A stretch of DNA of 64,000 nucleotides from a virus. The notes beneath the pieces were generated by a model. It worked only from the letters and a program-made list of their open reading frames with translations, had not been told where the DNA came from and did not search any database. Made by a program: the position numbers and the translations under genes. This document shows positions 59,897-64,000 of the stretch, piece by piece. The stretch covers positions 1 through 64,000 of IMG/VR virus record IMGVR_UViG_3300031922_000090; one strand, given 5' to 3'. Every line of letters begins with the position of its first letter. Position 1 is the first letter of the stretch.

Positions 59897-60954
59897 CAGG
59901 CAGACCTCGGAGAAATAAGAATCCGGGTACTCCCATCGGTAAAACGATAAGGCCCTCCCGGCTCCCAAGCGATAGCGATATCCTCTGCTTTCGATTCAGC
60001 CACAAAAGGCCGAATCGAAGGCAACAGAAAACTCTCGGCAAGATCACCTGACAACGGTCGTAAAGCCGGTACTTTCTCGATAAATGTTGCCGAATCGGAA
60101 ACAGAACTCAAGCGGACCACCGTCTCGCCTTTCAGCCCGGTTACGTTAGCAACGGCGATATCAGCCCCAAGCTTCGCCAAACGGTCGATAGCGCCAAGAA
60201 ACTCCTCCCGCGACAGCCTAACCTTAGTCTTCCACTGCTTAGCGGCATCGAACATCGCTGAAAGTTTGGCAAGCGGAAATTTTAGAGCGTCCTCACTGGA
60301 AAGATGCAACAGCCACCCGTTAGCCGAGAGAAAACGAACCCCATAAGCAGAAATGTTAAGACAATCGCCTGCGGACAATAGCGGTACAAACTTTGGCGGT
60401 ATGCCGACATCAGCGTCAAGAGTATCTCCAAAAGAAGCCTGAAAGGCCGAGAGACGATTTGTCGCCATAACTACCTTTCCCGATTTGAAAATGTGGACAA
60501 GAGATAGTCCCGGAATCTCCGCGTCCTCAGTGCAATACTTCGACGCAATACATAAGGCGGAACATAACTCGGAAGAGATAGGAATTTTAACTTCCTGAAG
60601 ATCGGGAGGAAGGGTGCCATAACCAGTCGGCGATATCGCTGGAAACGTAAACTTGGCTTCCCGGCGTCCCCCTTTTATACGCACCTCGGTATCCGTTTTC
60701 AGGATGCGCAACGCTAAATCCCCGAAACCCTTACCGAGAAAGGTACGAAGCGGTTTACGCGCGATAAACGCAGTCCAGACTGTTGAGTCCGTCTCAGCAG
60801 CGATTCTCACCTCCCCTAGAAAATCGCCTGCCAGCGCTAAGGACACCTCACCCCGGCCTGATTTTACCCGGAAAAATTCGGATGAAAGGCTCTTCTTCCC
60901 GATCACATCGAGAAATTCGATACCCGTTAGAAAATCTGCGGCGGCAATGCGCAT
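59896..60954 (-). CDS. sliding clamp (DNA pol III beta-like), predicted leaderless mRNA
   Basis: 352 aa, the right size for a three-domain beta clamp. Located between the sigma/Cys-rich genes and polA, with a clamp loader nearby. The ATG lies 6 nt after CGTATAAC with no SD. Identity by context only. Confidence 0.45.
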   Translation of the reverse strand: MRIAAADFLTGIEFLDVIGKKSLSSEFFRVKSGRGEVSLALAGDFLGEVRIAAETDSTVWTAFIARKPLRTFLGKGFGDLALRILKTDTEVRIKGGRREAKFTFPAISPTGYGTLPPDLQEVKIPISSELCSALCIASKYCTEDAEIPGLSLVHIFKSGKVVMATNRLSAFQASFGDTLDADVGIPPKFVPLLSAGDCLNISAYGVRFLSANGWLLHLSSEDALKFPLAKLSAMFDAAKQWKTKVRLSREEFLGAIDRLAKLGADIAVANVTGLKGETVVRLSSVSDSATFIEKVPALRPLSGDLAESFLLPSIRPFVAESKAEDIAIAWEPGGPYRFTDGSTRILISPRSA

Positions 60955-60960
60955 ACCAAA

Positions 60961-60968
60961 GTTATACG
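60961..60968 (-). promoter_or_regulatory. CGTATAAC motif
   Basis: The minus strand reads GGCGTATAAC-TTTGGT-ATG and overlaps the stop of 60962..61534. Confidence 0.4.
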
Positions 60969-61534
60969 CCAGTGCCCGATGGGCGCACAGTCAGCCTGTC
61001 CCCATCCCGCTCTACGGTCCATTCGTGACCACGACTATATCCGAGATGCAGCTTACGCAGGAGCACCTTGGAGTTTGCGCCGATATCGGCGCACAGCTTC
61101 TCAAGCTCAGAAATGGTCGTACCCTTCAGTGCCATAGTGTAAAGCTGAGCGATGATCGAACCACGCTGGAACGGAGACTCAGCGGGAGCTTTTGCTTTAC
61201 GGCGCAATCGCGCAACAGCCCGGCGGCCTGCATCAAACTCCTGCAACAGGGTAGCTCGCACCTGTGCATTGGTCTTAAGTTTCATATTTATCTCTCCTGA
61301 CTGAAATTCCGGACATACCAATCTATCCGGGCAATTCACACGGCACTCCGGAGCCTCCTCCGAGTACCTTTTCCCAAAACAGGAAGATGTGGATTCATGC
61401 ATCTCCCGGTAGCAAGCAAGACACACCAGAGACTCGAAGAAAAAATTTGTCCCAAGATCAATAGGACTAAATACACGAAAACAAACCGAGCAACGAATAC
61501 CGGCTACGCTCATACCGGCGTTGCTTGCAGACAA
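60962..61534 (-). CDS. Cys-rich protein with a C-terminal wHTH-like domain (possible sigma-factor partner)
   Basis: CSVC...CLACYREMH...C...C..CP..LCP clusters. C-terminal TTISELEKLCADIGANSKVLLRKLHLGYSRGHEW. Overlaps the sigma-like gene by 25 nt. Confidence 0.45.
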   Translation of the reverse strand: MSASNAGMSVAGIRCSVCFRVFSPIDLGTNFFFESLVCLACYREMHESTSSCFGKRYSEEAPECRVNCPDRLVCPEFQSGEINMKLKTNAQVRATLLQEFDAGRRAVARLRRKAKAPAESPFQRGSIIAQLYTMALKGTTISELEKLCADIGANSKVLLRKLHLGYSRGHEWTVERDGDRLTVRPSGTGV

Positions 61535-62061
61535 CGGAAGTCATCCGCACTAACCGAAGACCGTTTACGGGCGGATGCAACCTGCGCACGAAGACGCCGC
61601 AAGGTTGCCTTGGGCAAACGAGCGTAGTCTTCCCCGCCAAAATAATAACTCTCGATGATCTCCCGGCAATCGGTAGAAAGAGTAAGCAGGAACGCTTGGA
61701 CACGACGTCGGGCATCAAGCTGTAGCTCCGTAGACGGATGCATGGAAATCTTCGATGGGTGTACGTCTTCCAATGCTACGGTGACACCCGGCGACGAAGG
61801 CTTGCCCATGCGGTACAACTTCAGCGTATCGCGGTAGCAGTTCACTACCACTGTGTAGGCGAACGTTGAGTACTGGCAGCGGGCCGGATCATACAGCGCG
61901 TGCTTACGTACCAGTTGCAGAATCCCAATTGAGGTTAGATCCTCACGGCTCATGAAGGCCCTGACGGACTGGGGCAACGAAAGGTAGAACTTCGCTGCGA
62001 GGTGTGCTGCGATTTTAGCTCCAATTTTTTCATCCATGAAGTGACGGCTCCAGAATTTCAA
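61510..62061 (-). CDS. sigma-70 family (ECF-like) factor-like protein, replication-module copy
   Basis: Region-2-like EDLTSIGILQLVRKHALYDPARCQYSTFAYTVVVNCYRDTLK and region-4-like LSTDCREIIESYYFGGEDYARL. Confidence 0.5.
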   Translation of the reverse strand: MKFWSRHFMDEKIGAKIAAHLAAKFYLSLPQSVRAFMSREDLTSIGILQLVRKHALYDPARCQYSTFAYTVVVNCYRDTLKLYRMGKPSSPGVTVALEDVHPSKISMHPSTELQLDARRRVQAFLLTLSTDCREIIESYYFGGEDYARLPKATLRRLRAQVASARKRSSVSADDFRCLQATPV

Positions 62062-62076
62062 CTTAACGGTACAACG

Positions 62077-63075
62077 TTACGCCCGGATAGAGATGCCCGA
62101 GAAAAACTCGCGCTTCCGGCTCAGCAGCGTACCAAGTTCGTACCGCATAAGAAAGCGTACCAGAGAACGGAGCCGTCTGTCAAGACTCTCGCGGGACATT
62201 TTCCGGAAACGGTTCCGGCCCAAGAAACCAAGGGATGCTTCGGCGGCAGCCTGAAGAGCCGGAGGAAGACTGGTACAAGCGGCGGAACGTGGGATCCGGG
62301 CAAGCAGGTAACATGTATGGATCATCTCCCAGTGCGGCGCAAGTTTCGCTGTAAACGCCTCCTGAACCGTCACAGGGTGCTCCTCCCATCGTTCAAGAGA
62401 TGGGTCCACCCCGGCAGCGAGATACTTCAGTGCCCCTTTTTCAGCGAGACCACGAACCGGCTTATAGTTATCGCTGGAATCGCCAGCGAGGGCCTTGAGG
62501 TGTGGCACCCTCGCGGGCCGGACACCAAGACGCTCCTCAACGATATGGGAGGAGATCTCCTCCACCCCTCCGCCACCCCTCGGAGCAACAAGACTGATTT
62601 TCCGCCCAACTAACTGATACAAGTCGCGGTCGTTGGAGTAAATAAAAACATGCGGCACATCGGGATCATTCAATAGAAATGCCGAACCTATACCCAAAAG
62701 ATCGTCGGCTTCTAAACCAGAGCATCCAAGTTGAAGATACCCGAGAATATAGAGAAAACGGCCAAGAGCGGGTAACTGTTTATAGGCTTTCTCGGCCTCG
62801 GCATTACGCTCACGGTTATTTTTGTACTCAGAATATAGCGTCCGTCTCCACAAAGGAATTCGCGTATCCTGCCCGGTAATCGGATAAGGCGGGGGACCAT
62901 CCCAAACTACAACATAGTCAGCCTGCCCGGCAAATTTCTGAATATCGAGTAGAAGAAGCGGGAACCCGTGAAGGACGGAAGTGGATAGCCCATCTTCAGT
63001 ACTAAGATCTTTGAAAGCATAATGAGCACGAAAAAATAGATTCTTGGCATCAATTAGAACAACAGGCTTTTTCAT
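62077..63075 (-). CDS. 5'-3' exonuclease / flap endonuclease (Pol I N-terminal-like)
   Basis: VVLIDAKNLFFRAHYAF, GLEADDLLG, SNDRDLYQLV, LAGDSSDNYKPVRGLAEKGALKYL (H3TH). Confidence 0.8.
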   Translation of the reverse strand: MKKPVVLIDAKNLFFRAHYAFKDLSTEDGLSTSVLHGFPLLLLDIQKFAGQADYVVVWDGPPPYPITGQDTRIPLWRRTLYSEYKNNRERNAEAEKAYKQLPALGRFLYILGYLQLGCSGLEADDLLGIGSAFLLNDPDVPHVFIYSNDRDLYQLVGRKISLVAPRGGGGVEEISSHIVEERLGVRPARVPHLKALAGDSSDNYKPVRGLAEKGALKYLAAGVDPSLERWEEHPVTVQEAFTAKLAPHWEMIHTCYLLARIPRSAACTSLPPALQAAAEASLGFLGRNRFRKMSRESLDRRLRSLVRFLMRYELGTLLSRKREFFSGISIRA

Positions 63076-63983
63076 ATGGCATCTCTCTTAAGCCGGAAAC
63101 GTAGACTATTAGTAAAAGGCTTCACACTTTGAAAGTGGGCGCGAATTGTAGTGGGGGATAGTTCGTCGGCTTGGGCTTCCGGAATGGGATATATAATGTT
63201 CGGAAATATACAGTGCTCTAGAAGTTTCTCCGCAATCATAAGCGTGCCCCGAATACCAGCAGCATCGGGATCTGAAAAAATAATCACTTCTCTGAAACCA
63301 GCGTCATGAATCTGTTCGATCTGCCCATCTGTTATTGAATGCCCCAATACGGCACAGGAGCAAACACCCGGCATAGCGGCCTCAATAGCTAGAGCCTTAA
63401 AACAGCCTTCGGAAAGTACAAGCTTTTGCCCTGCTGTTTTCTCTTTAAGATTATAAAGCGCTTTCTCTCCGGAAGAATTTAGATACTTCGGCTCAGCGTC
63501 AAGCCACGTCCGGGCAACGATACCTTTTAACTCACGGCGGTAGTGAACCGGAATAACAATCCGGTAGGAAAATCGTCCGAGAAGGGTTGCTCCCAAAAAA
63601 TGAACACGAATCTGATTAGCCGAAACCCCACGGCGAAGAAGATAACGGCGCGGATCATAGAATGGAGAGCCGTCGTCTTTGGAAATCTCGGATAGGAGAA
63701 AAAAACCTTCTGGAAGATCGAGTTCTTTTTTTCCGGTTTCCTCTTCCTGAAGATCGCCCCCGGAAATCGTGACATCGCCAAGATTCAATTGCCGGAGCAA
63801 CAAACGTATAGCGTTCCGGCTTTTCCAATCGCAATTGAAACAGTGGCCTATTCTTCTTTCTATATTAATGCCGAGACGAAAACGCTTCTCACCGCAAAAA
63901 GGACAACAGACATTTATTTCACCTGGAGTTGCCCCACGACGCCAGCGGACCCCACGAAACGTTAACAATTCACGGATGGTCAT
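63072..63983 (-). CDS. DNA primase (Zn-finger plus Toprim)
   Basis: CCPFCGEKRFRLGINIERRIGHCFNCDWKS zinc finger. Toprim LVLSEGCFKALA (E) and IIFSDPDAAG (DxD). Confidence 0.75.
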   Translation of the reverse strand: MTIRELLTFRGVRWRRGATPGEINVCCPFCGEKRFRLGINIERRIGHCFNCDWKSRNAIRLLLRQLNLGDVTISGGDLQEEETGKKELDLPEGFFLLSEISKDDGSPFYDPRRYLLRRGVSANQIRVHFLGATLLGRFSYRIVIPVHYRRELKGIVARTWLDAEPKYLNSSGEKALYNLKEKTAGQKLVLSEGCFKALAIEAAMPGVCSCAVLGHSITDGQIEQIHDAGFREVIIFSDPDAAGIRGTLMIAEKLLEHCIFPNIIYPIPEAQADELSPTTIRAHFQSVKPFTNSLRFRLKRDAI

Positions 63984-64000
63984 GTCGGCCCGCTCCCATT

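Noticed and set aside
1-64000. Searched by eye for integrase, CI/Cro-type repressor pair, att sites, tRNAs, transposases, endolysin/holin
   Set aside because: None is recognisable in this window. Small TM proteins (21011, 21714, 37229, 39372, 40205) are too anonymous to call holins. Lifestyle and lysis genes therefore remain unassigned.

Overview
This window reads as one arm of a large tailed dsDNA phage or prophage with an HK97-fold head and a siphovirus-type tail. Every credible gene is on the minus strand, so transcription runs from high to low coordinates. All calls come from manual reading of the ORF track and sequence, with no database searches. Modules in transcription order: (i) 63983-49088, replication and recombination: Zn-finger/Toprim primase, 5'-3' exonuclease (FEN), sigma-70-like factor, beta-clamp-like protein, family-A DNA polymerase with an N-terminal UDG-like domain, gp32-like SSB with an acidic tail, RecA homolog, AAA+ clamp loader, a single-chain SbcD(Mre11)-SbcC(Rad50) fusion, and a PD-(D/E)xK resolvase-like nuclease. 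(ii) 49029-22849, about 60 small, mostly unknown genes. Recognisable among them are a vWA protein, DNA N4/N6-methyltransferase, DnaQ-like exonuclease, dCMP deaminase, several Zn-ribbon/HTH proteins, and a methyltransferase fused to a tail-assembly-chaperone-like domain. (iii) 22839-19719, nucleotide metabolism (MazG, ThyX). (iv) 19587-1, packaging, head and tail: TerL, a second sigma-like factor, portal, MuF/gp7-like protein with an HExxH C-terminal domain, prohead protease, HK97 major capsid protein, connector proteins, three tandem paralogs, major tail protein, G/GT frameshifted chaperones, a 1484-aa tape measure, and distal tail proteins. No rRNA, tRNA, CRISPR array, integrase or transposase was seen. 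The most unusual features are non-coding. At 34.4-34.95 kb there are four tandem promoter-led cassettes. Three are predicted to give free, terminator-capped RNAs of about 90-100 nt, and the fourth leads into a possibly RAMP-like protein. A family of consensus TTGACA-N17-TAnnnT promoters carries a conserved TTCC-N3-GGAA palindrome in the spacer. The 8-mer CGTATAAC occurs 9 times, always strand-specific and just upstream of start codons. Many start codons lie exactly 6 nt after a -10 element, which predicts leaderless mRNAs.
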